DNA of 64,000 bases, from NCBI GenBank assembly GCA_963749655.1, contig CAVVOB010000014.1, positions 1-64,000 on the forward strand, in the 5' to 3' direction. The notes beneath the pieces were generated by a model. It was not told the DNA's origin and ran no database searches. It was given only the letters and a program-made list of their open reading frames with translations. Within the stretch, counting starts at the first letter, position 1. Every line of letters begins with the position of its first letter. Both the position numbers and the translations under genes were made by a program. Source of the DNA: Nitrospirota bacterium (lineage in GTDB: Bacteria > Nitrospirota > UBA9217). Below, piece after piece: positions 56,074 through 64,000 of the stretch.

Positions 56074-57411
56074 ATGAGCGATCAGCTGATCCGGAACCTC
56101 GATTTTCTTCACATTCTTCTGGAAGCAGTCCCCTCCTGCCTTTTTGTCATGGATTCGGACCTTCGCGTACTGCACCTGAATTCGGCTGCTGCGCGTATGG
56201 CGGGCTCGGATCAAACAGTGTTCATGCACCGGGGCGGCGAAGTGCTGCACTGCATCCACGCTTCGGAGACGCCCGGCGGGTGCGGTCAGGCGGTGCTCTG
56301 CCGCGAGTGCCTTATCCGCAACAGCGTGCGCAAGGCTGTAACTGGAAGCCGGATACACCGCGAAACCACGAAAATGAAGTTCATCACGCCGGAGGGCGCG
56401 TCCGAAGTTCACCTCCAGATCACCTCGTCCCCCATCATGTACGAAGGAAACAGCTATGCGCTTCTCGTCATCGAAGACATCAGCGAGCTCATGAAGATCC
56501 AGGAGGCGCTCCAGGACAGCGAGGTCAGACTGCGGAACATTTCGTCCGTGCTCGGAGAAGGGGTCTATGTCCTTGACCGGAACAATTGCCTGACCTTCAT
56601 GAATCCGGAGGCCGAGAAGCTGCTGGGCTGGACCGAAGCGGAGCTCCTGGGAAAAAAGTGCACGACGTCTTTCACCATCAGCGGGCCGACGGCACGAGCC
56701 TGCCCGCGGCCGAATGCCCGGTGCACAATACCGTCCTGACCGGCGACACATACCGCTCCGAGGACAACACGTTCCGGCACAAGAACGGAACGCTGTTCCC
56801 GGCTGCCGTTGTCGCAACGCCGCTCCTGGAGCACGGTCGGATTCTCCGGCTCCGTGACCGTGTTCCACGACATAACCGAGCGCAAGCACGCTGCCGATCA
56901 GCTACGGCAGCTCAACGAGCTCCTCGCGCGTCAGGCGACCACCGACCCGCTTACGGGCATCGCGAACCGGCTCAAGCTCAACGACATGCTGTCCTCTGAA
57001 ATTCGCCGTTCGCGGCGCTACCATCTGCCGCTCTCGCTGATCATGTTCGACATCGACCGGTTCAAACGGATCAACGACACTTACGGACACCACACGGGCG
57101 ATTGCGTGCTGAAGAAAATCGCCGGCCTGGTGACGAAGATCGTACGGATCCACGACCTCTTTGCCCGCTGGGGAGGCGAGGAATTCATGATCATGGTGAC
57201 AAACTCTCCGCTGGAGAACGCCCGTCTGTTTGCTGAAAAGCTGCGGACCCGGATGGAAGAACACGCTTTCCCCGGCGTCGGCCGGGTGACCTGCAGCTTC
57301 GGCGTGGCTCAGTTCGTCTGCGACGAAACCGACGACCTGTTCACCCGGCGCGTGGACGAAGCCCTCTACCGGGCAAAGGCCCAGGGGGGAAACCGGGTCC
57401 AGACCGGGTAA
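56074..57411 (+). CDS. PAS-PAS diguanylate cyclase (frameshifts near 56655 and 56845)
   Basis: Cys-rich PAS, second PAS, TDPLTGIANR, DIDRFKRIND, RWGGEEF. Confidence 0.85.
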
Positions 57412-57503
57412 AGTCCTGCCATCCCTTCCCCCTTCCCCAAGAACGTTTGACAGACTCCGTTAGAGCTATACTTTAAACAGGCAGAAGTTGCGGGGAGGTA
57501 AAC

Positions 57504-58613
57504 GTGAAACCAACAGGGGCGATAGGGGTGGCTATTCTTCTCTCCCTCCTCTTTATCTCGTCCTGCGGAGGGAACGGGGGCGGAAAAACGCCGGTGATAA
57601 TTGTTAACCAGCTGGCCGTGGGTGCATCTGTGCGGGACACGGTTCCGCAGGGAGGGATCAACTATTACGCCGCAGCAGTCGTACCGGGAGCGCTGTACAA
57701 GATCAGCATCACCGAACTGATCGACGACTCCGACCTGCTCGTCTTCGGAGCCGATGCCTCCCTGTCGCACCTCGCAACCTGCTCCATCGATACGACGCGC
57801 GTTTCCGGCACGACAACGCCGGAGGATTGCGTCATCGTTGCTTCCGCCAGTATGCTCTACTTCGGCGTTGATGGCACATATCTGACGACTGCGGGAGGGA
57901 CCTATACGGTCGACATCGAGCGCCCGGGCCTTACCGGCGTCAACGCCTCCATCCCTCTCGCGGACACCGCAACGAGGACCGGACTGGGAATATACGCAGC
58001 GCCGGTCGTCCCCGGCCAGTCCTATACCATAGCAGTCACCGGACTGAACGACGATGCGGACCTTCACGTCTTCGGCGCCGACGGATCGTTCATGTCCCAG
58101 GCGTCCTGCTCCAGCGCCAACACGCAGATCATCGGGACCGCGCCGGAAGACTGCACGATCACGGCCACCGGAAGCACCCTCTATTTTGTGGTCGACGGTC
58201 TGTTCAGCTCCGCCTCGACCGTGTCCTACACCGCCATCGTTGCGTCTGCGCCGTCCGTTGCCGTTCCTGCAAATCAGGGTTCTATTGTCTCGCCCTCCAG
58301 CGTAGCCGTTGATGCTCCTCTCACCACCGGACAGGTCGGCTCGGCAGGAGACAGCTTCTACATTGTGTCCGGCCTGACATCGGGAGCGCGGTACACGGTC
58401 ACGATAGCAGGCCTGACAGGCACCGCCAACCTCACCCTGTTCGGTAGCGACAGTACCTTTACAACGCCTGCCGCGTGCCTGATCGACAACACCTTCCTGG
58501 CAGGCACCTCGCCCGAGGCATGCACCCTTACTACAACAGGCGCGCTGTACTTTACCGTAGCGGCAGGTCCGAACAGCTCGGCCTATGTCGTTCTTGTTTC
58601 CCCGGGGCACTGA
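57504..58613 (+). CDS. lipoprotein with three PPC-like beta repeats
   Basis: GGAGG RBS, GTG start, lipobox ISSC; three repeats YxIxxTGLxxxADLxVFGxD...C...GTxPExC. Confidence 0.75.
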   Translation: MKPTGAIGVAILLSLLFISSCGGNGGGKTPVIIVNQLAVGASVRDTVPQGGINYYAAAVVPGALYKISITELIDDSDLLVFGADASLSHLATCSIDTTRVSGTTTPEDCVIVASASMLYFGVDGTYLTTAGGTYTVDIERPGLTGVNASIPLADTATRTGLGIYAAPVVPGQSYTIAVTGLNDDADLHVFGADGSFMSQASCSSANTQIIGTAPEDCTITATGSTLYFVVDGLFSSASTVSYTAIVASAPSVAVPANQGSIVSPSSVAVDAPLTTGQVGSAGDSFYIVSGLTSGARYTVTIAGLTGTANLTLFGSDSTFTTPAACLIDNTFLAGTSPEACTLTTTGALYFTVAAGPNSSAYVVLVSPGH

Positions 58614-58647
58614 CCACGACAGGCTGGAACAAAAAAGAAACTGTGGA

Positions 58648-58765
58648 GTTTTTTACGGTCTTTACCCCGATATCGTCCAGGTACAGGATGGGATAAACTT
58701 CTTCAAGCGGCCGGTTCTGCTACAGCGTAATCTCCTCAGTGACTGCATCGGTGACCTGAGCGATA
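58648..58765 (-). pseudogene. IS256-family transposase relic
   Basis: minus-strand translation IAQVTDAVTEEITL*QNRPLEEVYPILYLDDIGVKTVK matches the IS256 WQxRPLxxxYPxxYLD motif, with the W codon changed to TAG. Confidence 0.75.
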
Positions 58766-58787
58766 TGAGTGGACAAACCTGCAAAGG

Positions 58788-59924
58788 CTATCCCGACTTC
58801 CCAAAAGGACATACCGGATATCTGCACACGTCGCATTTCAGGCAGAGCCCGCCATGGCCAAGCTCAGCCAACTCGCGACGTCCGATTTTTTCTCCCGCAA
58901 GGATTCGCGGCAACAGGAGATCGAAAATCGTAGTCTTTGCGTACATGCCGCAGGCCGGAAGGCCGAGAATAGGAACGTCAACAGAGGGCAGAGTGCATGG
59001 CGCAGAGGGCATGCTCCCTATGCTCTCTGCACTATGCGCTTTGCTCAGATACCCCACCAGGACCATGGCCCCCGGCAGGACCGCCGAGCCATAGGTAATG
59101 TCCGTTGCACCCAGCTCGCGGATCGCGAACCGCGTGACGTCATCGGGGTCCACGGACATTCCGCCCGTGGTGATCAGCAGATCGGCCCCGGCCTTCAGCA
59201 GCTCCCGCAGCCTGTCCGCGATGAACGCCCTGTCATCGGGAGCGTAGTAGACTCCGACGATTTCCCCGCCGATATCCTCCATCTTTTTCGCAATGACCGG
59301 AGCGAAGGCGTCTTTGATCCTGCCGTTGTATACCTCATTTCCCGTGATCACGACGCCGGCACGGGGCCTGCGGATTTTCTTTACTTGAATTGTTCGCCCA
59401 TTCCGCACTCCGCATTCCGCATTCCGCACGGCCTCTTCTACGATGCTTTTCTTCACCACCAGCGGAATGGCCCTCGCTCCCGCGACGGTCTGGCCTTTTT
59501 TGACAAGCGTATTTGTGTGAAGCGTTGCAGCCATGACCTCGCCCAGCATATTGAATGCAAGCAGCGCGTCACCATCTATCTTGAGGAGTCCGTCGCGCTC
59601 GGCAACAATGCTGATTTTGCCTTCCTTGGGCTCGCCTTTTATCGCGACACCTTCTCCCATGAGCGCGGTCGCGAGTGCAAAGGCCGCATCGTTTTCGTGC
59701 ATCTCGTCCTCGGCGACCTGAAGCACGTAGAGATGCTCCTTGCCGAGACGCTGAAGATGACAGACGTCTTCTTCTCGGATAAGATGGCCTTTCTTGAAGG
59801 CGCGCCCCTTGAATTCGCCGGGCCTGATCTCGGTTATATCATGCGCAAGGACCGTGCCGACTGCCTGCGTTACCGGAATAGTTTTTATTGTCGAGCCATG
59901 GGCTTCATGCGTCTCGTCACACAT
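58788..59924 (-). CDS. molybdopterin-binding (MoeA/MogA-like) domain protein
   Basis: AVGTVLAHDIT, ITGNEV, TTGGMSVDPDD, LPGAM, GLPAC, C-terminal CLKCDVCRYPVCPFG. Confidence 0.85.
   Translation of the reverse strand: MCDETHEAHGSTIKTIPVTQAVGTVLAHDITEIRPGEFKGRAFKKGHLIREEDVCHLQRLGKEHLYVLQVAEDEMHENDAAFALATALMGEGVAIKGEPKEGKISIVAERDGLLKIDGDALLAFNMLGEVMAATLHTNTLVKKGQTVAGARAIPLVVKKSIVEEAVRNAECGVRNGRTIQVKKIRRPRAGVVITGNEVYNGRIKDAFAPVIAKKMEDIGGEIVGVYYAPDDRAFIADRLRELLKAGADLLITTGGMSVDPDDVTRFAIRELGATDITYGSAVLPGAMVLVGYLSKAHSAESIGSMPSAPCTLPSVDVPILGLPACGMYAKTTIFDLLLPRILAGEKIGRRELAELGHGGLCLKCDVCRYPVCPFGKSG
58982..59045. repeat. in-frame inverted heptamer-array hairpin in the molybdopterin-binding gene
   Basis: CAGAGGG CAGAGTG CATGGCG CAGAGGG ... 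CCCTATG CTCTCTG CACTATG CGCTTTG. Confidence 0.75.
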
Positions 59925-59945
59925 GGAGGCCTCCCGTTCGGAGAA

Positions 59946-60055
59946 GTTTCAAATATCAAAGCGCAAATTTCAAAATAACAGCCAAATCCCGGGGTGAAGC
60001 GCCCAATGTCCGGTAATCCCCTTTTGGTATTCGAGATTTCCGTGCGATTTGTCTT
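59946..60055. repeat. degenerate heptamer (CAAATTT-type) inverted array
   Basis: TTTCAAA TATCAAA GCGCAAA TTTCAAA ... TTTTGGTATTCGAGATTT; intergenic. Confidence 0.45.
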
Positions 60056-60066
60056 TTATTCTTCGA

Positions 60067-60420
60067 CTAATCGAAGAATATCTCCCTGAACTTCCTGTCC
60101 ACTATCTTTTGTATACCTCTCTCCAGCGCTCCGTATTTTTTCAAAAATTTTCGTGCTTCTTCGGTCAGCACTGCGCCGCCGCCGTTCTTTCCGCCTGCCT
60201 GCCGTTCGACAAGCTTCACGCCCAGCCGCTCTTCCATGGCCTTGATGTGGCTCCAGGCCTTGCGGAAGGATACATCGACTTCCTTCGCCGCCTGGTTGAT
60301 CGATCCGTGAGTGTCGATCGCTTCGAGCAGGAACCGCCGTCCCCGTCCAAACACGGGTTCCCCGCCTGCTTCGATCCATATTTTCGATCTGATGTCCAGC
60401 CCGTTATGACTTTTCTGCAT
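60067..60420 (-). CDS. ModE N-terminal winged-helix regulator
   Basis: SKIWIE..GEPVFGRGR..LLEAIDTHGSINQAAKE..VSFRKAW...RQAGGKNGGGAVLT. Confidence 0.85.
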   Translation of the reverse strand: MQKSHNGLDIRSKIWIEAGGEPVFGRGRRFLLEAIDTHGSINQAAKEVDVSFRKAWSHIKAMEERLGVKLVERQAGGKNGGGAVLTEEARKFLKKYGALERGIQKIVDRKFREIFFD

Positions 60421-61093
60421 AGCGCACCTCTTTAAAAAAAACGCCCGTCTCCTTTGTCCGCTCCCCTGAGGGAAGCCGGGGGGGAGCCGGAGACATATAG
60501 TATCCGCCATTGGCGCAGGGCGCGCACAGGACCTTCCCCTCCTGATGGATCTCTCTTCTGTCCTGGACCTGCTCGCCGCAGGAGTCGCACCGCACTCTTT
60601 GCAGGGGCCTGCCCGGCATGTCCTCGGGACGCATTTTGACGACGACCGCCATCATTTCGAAAAGCTCTGCGTCGTCCATGACCTTGTACGCTTCGAGTTG
60701 TCCCGCATATTTGCTCTCAACGTCGGGGAAGTATTTCTTCGCCTTCTCCCGTGACTCCTCCCTGGCGACAATTCTGATTGCTTTGTCTGTTTTGAGATTC
60801 AGAAAGGTGGCTGCCATCTTGCCGTAGTCCATGAACTTCATGGTTCTGCGGCCGAGACTGCAGCCGGTCACCGACTGGACCGCGTCTGTGGCACACCGGT
60901 CCATCTCAACAAAGACAATGATGTTCTTCCGGTCCTTTCCTTTCGGGTCTAGAATGCCGGTTTCCCGAAGGCCAAGCATGGACATTCGGACGCCGAGCAC
61001 CTGGCCCGCGCAGAGGTGGCCGTGTATTCTGACGGATTCCGACAAGAGTCGTTGAAAATCCGGCAACCGGGTATGCAAGGGTGTCGTCTGCAT
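60404..61093 (-). CDS. FmdE family protein with C-terminal zinc finger
   Basis: HGHLCAGQVLGVRM, RCATDAVQ..TGC, GKMAATF, CDSC...CAPC. Confidence 0.88.
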   Translation of the reverse strand: MQTTPLHTRLPDFQRLLSESVRIHGHLCAGQVLGVRMSMLGLRETGILDPKGKDRKNIIVFVEMDRCATDAVQSVTGCSLGRRTMKFMDYGKMAATFLNLKTDKAIRIVAREESREKAKKYFPDVESKYAGQLEAYKVMDDAELFEMMAVVVKMRPEDMPGRPLQRVRCDSCGEQVQDRREIHQEGKVLCAPCANGGYYMSPAPPRLPSGERTKETGVFFKEVRYAEKS

Positions 61094-61186
61094 CAGTAAT
61101 CTCCCGGTGATACCTATTTCTGTTTATCGATGATGATTGAAACCTGCGGGAAATGCAAATTCATGATTGCACCAGCCTGTGTGAGC

Positions 61187-62122
61187 TTACCGGTCGACGC
61201 AGCCTCCCGGGTGGAACATCAGGTTCGGACCGCCTCGTGTCATGCCCGCTTCATTCATCAGCATGTCCAGGGGGAGCGTGGCCAGGTCGTCCGCCATGAC
61301 TTCCATCTGCGGGTCTTTTCCCAGGTAGAGCAATTTCAGGTAGGTATGACAGTCTCCGCAGCTCTCGATCTTGACCGCGCCGTTCGAGCCTTCCAGGATA
61401 TGGTAGTCGATCCCGCTGGTGGATTCGCAGGAGCTGCATTTGAGCCGCACCATGTGCCACTGCGAGGAGCAGAGGGAGCAGGACAAATAGCGCAGGCCCT
61501 GTTCGTTCCCGCCGCCCCGCACGATGCCTACGCTCGGCTGTGAACCGCACACGGGGCACAACCCGCCTTGTTCCAGTCTGTTGAACAAATCTTCTTTTAG
61601 CAGCGATGACGCCATATGCACCCAGTAAACCTGCAGTGCTGCTGCGACGAACGGCAGTTCCTGCGGAGAAACAGCAACCATATCTCCTGCCGATATCCGG
61701 TCTGCCGTATTCTCCAACACGGCTTCACTCGCCTGCGTCAAGCCGGCTACGGTTTCCTGTGCAGCCGACGGCAGGGCAACCTCTTTCATCAGCCACAGGA
61801 TTGTCGTAAACGCCGTACGCCAGGCCGGATCCCGGCTCCAGGACCGTGCAGACAAGAGCGCCGCGCCGCGCTCGCGGCAGAGCTTCCTCTCATCAGGACC
61901 AGGCAGAGGCGTGGCGGGAAAGAGATTCAAGGCCTCCTGCTGCGCCTCGGCAAGATGCGCCAGAAAAGCCAGGTAATCCCCCAGCGGATGATCTTTGGAC
62001 AAAGATCGAAGGCGCTCGGCGCGACGGCTGAACAGATCCCGGTGCGGGAGGAAGAGATAACGGATCTCTCCCCTGGGTGTTTCCAGCTGTCCGGGCTCGA
62101 TGATGCGGGCCTCAGCGTTCAC
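61187..62122 (-). CDS. fdhE: formate dehydrogenase accessory protein FdhE
   Basis: F..RAERL, CPVCG, RYLSCSLC, R.KCSSC, ESCGDCHTYLK, ADDLATL.LD. Confidence 0.92.
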   Translation of the reverse strand: MNAEARIIEPGQLETPRGEIRYLFLPHRDLFSRRAERLRSLSKDHPLGDYLAFLAHLAEAQQEALNLFPATPLPGPDERKLCRERGAALLSARSWSRDPAWRTAFTTILWLMKEVALPSAAQETVAGLTQASEAVLENTADRISAGDMVAVSPQELPFVAAALQVYWVHMASSLLKEDLFNRLEQGGLCPVCGSQPSVGIVRGGGNEQGLRYLSCSLCSSQWHMVRLKCSSCESTSGIDYHILEGSNGAVKIESCGDCHTYLKLLYLGKDPQMEVMADDLATLPLDMLMNEAGMTRGGPNLMFHPGGCVDR

Positions 62123-62751
62123 TTCCCGCCTCCGGTCATCTCCCGGTACCATGCCGGGTGGTGCTGTTTAGCCCAGGCGCGCCTGACGTAGCCGTACAGC
62201 ATGGCAGCTATGCTCTCCTTCATCCAGATGGCTGCATAGATGTGGAAGATGATCAGGCCGATTATGATTGCCCCGGCAGCCGCGTGCACGACTGAAGCGA
62301 AGCGGATGAGCCCGACCGGGAAGAGGAACGAGAAATAGGCGCGCCACATGACAATGCCGGACAGGATGAGCACGGCCATGCTGATAGACAGCGCCCAGAA
62401 CAGGAGCTTCTGGCCGCCGTTGAACTTGCCGGCTTCCGGCATGTGACCGTCATCGCCGCCCACCAGATCGCGCACATGGTTCACCCATTCCCAATCAATC
62501 GGAGTCATGACATTCAACTGCCGGTAATTGAAGTACTCGATGCCGAAGGAAATCGCCATCAACACCCCGATGAAAGGGTGGAGGATGCGCGTCCACGTGC
62601 CGCCGCCGAACAACTGGCTCAAGGGAAAGAAGGCCGGATGAAAGAACGAGAGCCCGGACAGCGCAAGCAGAATAAAGGTTATTGCCGTCAGCCAATGATT
62701 GGCGCGCTCAGAAGAGGTATACCTGAGTATTTTATTCGGGTCATTTCTCAT
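62119..62751 (-). CDS. fdnI: formate dehydrogenase gamma subunit (cytochrome b556)
   Basis: [36 protein letters not shown]. Confidence 0.92.
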   Translation of the reverse strand: MRNDPNKILRYTSSERANHWLTAITFILLALSGLSFFHPAFFPLSQLFGGGTWTRILHPFIGVLMAISFGIEYFNYRQLNVMTPIDWEWVNHVRDLVGGDDGHMPEAGKFNGGQKLLFWALSISMAVLILSGIVMWRAYFSFLFPVGLIRFASVVHAAAGAIIIGLIIFHIYAAIWMKESIAAMLYGYVRRAWAKQHHPAWYREMTGGGK

Positions 62752-63622
62752 TTTTAAACTCCTTCTCGATCTCTTCGGAGACCTCATTGGGACCCTTGGT
62801 TACATAGTGGATGAAGGCACCGAGTACACCCGCGGCAAGAGCAAAGGTGGCCAGCTGCTTGGCGCCGTCTTTCCACAGAGAGACCATCGCGCTGATGGAG
62901 GGATCTTTGGCGAGACCGCTGTAGTATTCCGGCTTGTCGGCATGGTTCAGCACGTACATCACATGGGTGCCGCCGACGCCCTGGGGGTTATAGATTCCCG
63001 CCTTGTCGAACCCCCGGCTTTTCAGATCAGCGATCCGCTCCTCGGCATGCTGCTGCATATCATCCTTTGTCCCGAATACGATCGCGCCCGTAGGGCAGGT
63101 CTTGACGCAGGCCGGCTCCAGCCCGACAGCCACGCGGTCGGAGCAGAGGGTACACTTGTAAACCTTGTTGTCCTTTTTCGACAGGCGCGGGATGTTGAAC
63201 GGGCAGCCGGTGATGCAGTAGCCGCAGCCGATGCAGTTCTCCTCATGGAAATCCACTATGCCGTTGCTGTACTGGACGATGGCGCCCGGCGCGGGGCAGG
63301 CCTTGAGGCAGCCCGGGTCTGCGCAGTGCATGCAGCCGTCCTTGCGGATCAGCCACTCAAGGCCGCGCTCGGTTTTTACTTCGCTGTAGCGCATCACGGT
63401 CCAGGAGTTCTCCGTCAGGTCCGCCGGGTTATCGTACACGCCGTGGTTCGTGCCGACGGCGTCGCGGGTGTCGTTCCACTCCATGCACGCCACCTGGCAG
63501 GCTTTGCAGCCGATGCACTTGGAGACGTCGATCAGCTTGACCACTTCCTGGGTCTGGCGCTGGCCCGGCGAGGGGGTGGATGTGGCGGAACGACGGATGA
63601 TATCAAGCGATTGAAGTGCCAT
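62741..63622 (-). CDS. fdnH: formate dehydrogenase beta (Fe-S) subunit
   Basis: [13 protein letters not shown], four CxxCxxC-type ferredoxin motifs, [12 protein letters not shown]-terminal TM. Confidence 0.93.
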   Translation of the reverse strand: MALQSLDIIRRSATSTPSPGQRQTQEVVKLIDVSKCIGCKACQVACMEWNDTRDAVGTNHGVYDNPADLTENSWTVMRYSEVKTERGLEWLIRKDGCMHCADPGCLKACPAPGAIVQYSNGIVDFHEENCIGCGYCITGCPFNIPRLSKKDNKVYKCTLCSDRVAVGLEPACVKTCPTGAIVFGTKDDMQQHAEERIADLKSRGFDKAGIYNPQGVGGTHVMYVLNHADKPEYYSGLAKDPSISAMVSLWKDGAKQLATFALAAGVLGAFIHYVTKGPNEVSEEIEKEFKNEK

Positions 63623-63632
63623 GATCCGCCTC

Positions 63633-64000
63633 CTATGCCTTCTCGATGTTGACGAGGAAGGATTTGAACTCCGGTGTCTGCACGTTGGCATCTCCGACGA
63701 ACGGCGTCAGGGTGTTGGCGATGTAGCCGTTCTTGGCAATGCCCTTAAAACCCCAGTGGATCGGGATGCCTACATGATGAACGGTCTTGCCGTTCACCTG
63801 GAGCGACATAAGCCGCTTGGTCACCAGCGCCTTTGCCTTGACGAAGCCCCGCATGGACCACACCTTGATGAGGTCGCCGTGCTTGATGCCCTTCTCTTTG
63901 GCCAGCTCCTCGCCGATCTCCACGAACTGCTCGGGCTGCAGGATGGACGAGAGCTGCGTATGTTTCGTCCAGAAGTGGAAGTGCTCGGTCAGACGGTACG
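63633..64000 (-). CDS. fdnG: formate dehydrogenase alpha subunit, C-terminal part
   Basis: [56 protein letters not shown]; truncated by window edge. Confidence 0.92.
   Translation of the reverse strand, partial: YRLTEHFHFWTKHTQLSSILQPEQFVEIGEELAKEKGIKHGDLIKVWSMRGFVKAKALVTKRLMSLQVNGKTVHHVGIPIHWGFKGIAKNGYIANTLTPFVGDANVQTPEFKSFLVNIEKA

Noticed and set aside
57432-57458. IS256-like terminal repeat (AAGAACGTTTGACAGACTC)
   Set aside because: Weak resemblance, no partner end, and orientation does not fit the minus-strand relic at 58648.
63633-64000. Selenocysteine/SECIS in the formate dehydrogenase alpha subunit
   Set aside because: The relevant N-terminal region lies outside the window, so it cannot be assessed.

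Overview
A GC-rich bacterial chromosomal window from an anaerobe or microaerophile; gene content suggests Nitrospirota or Desulfobacterota (inference). It contains: housekeeping genes (hrpB, galT, osmC, trxC, sirC/cysG-N, bamD, tRNA-Leu(CAG), dtd, rlmN, rluD, lgt, lspA, ileS, PBP1A, pepN); a ~24 kb same-strand signal-transduction cluster (four related PAS histidine kinases including a CheB-CheR-PAS fusion, a hybrid kinase, an NtrC-type activator, an RpoS-like sigma factor and four stand-alone receivers); two diguanylate cyclases; and the 3' part of an fdnGHI-fdhE formate dehydrogenase operon followed by FmdE-, ModE- and molybdopterin-binding genes. Many genes at ~17.4-22.6 kb and ~41-53 kb carry frameshifts that look like sequencing/assembly indels. 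Most notable non-genic signals: (1) a four-helix-bundle (23S-IVP/Avd-like) gene bracketed by inverted arrays of a TTTCGAG-type heptamer, with an empty copy of the same hairpin between genes and one copy inserted in frame in a kinase ATPase domain, plus other 7-9-mer periodic hairpins, some also in frame; (2) two sigma-54 promoters 21.5 kb apart sharing the same putative enhancer/IHF/promoter layout, one driving the RpoS-like gene; (3) a RAYT transposase with GTAG REPs; (4) a 324-bp highly structured element with terminal inverted repeats; (5) an IS256 relic.
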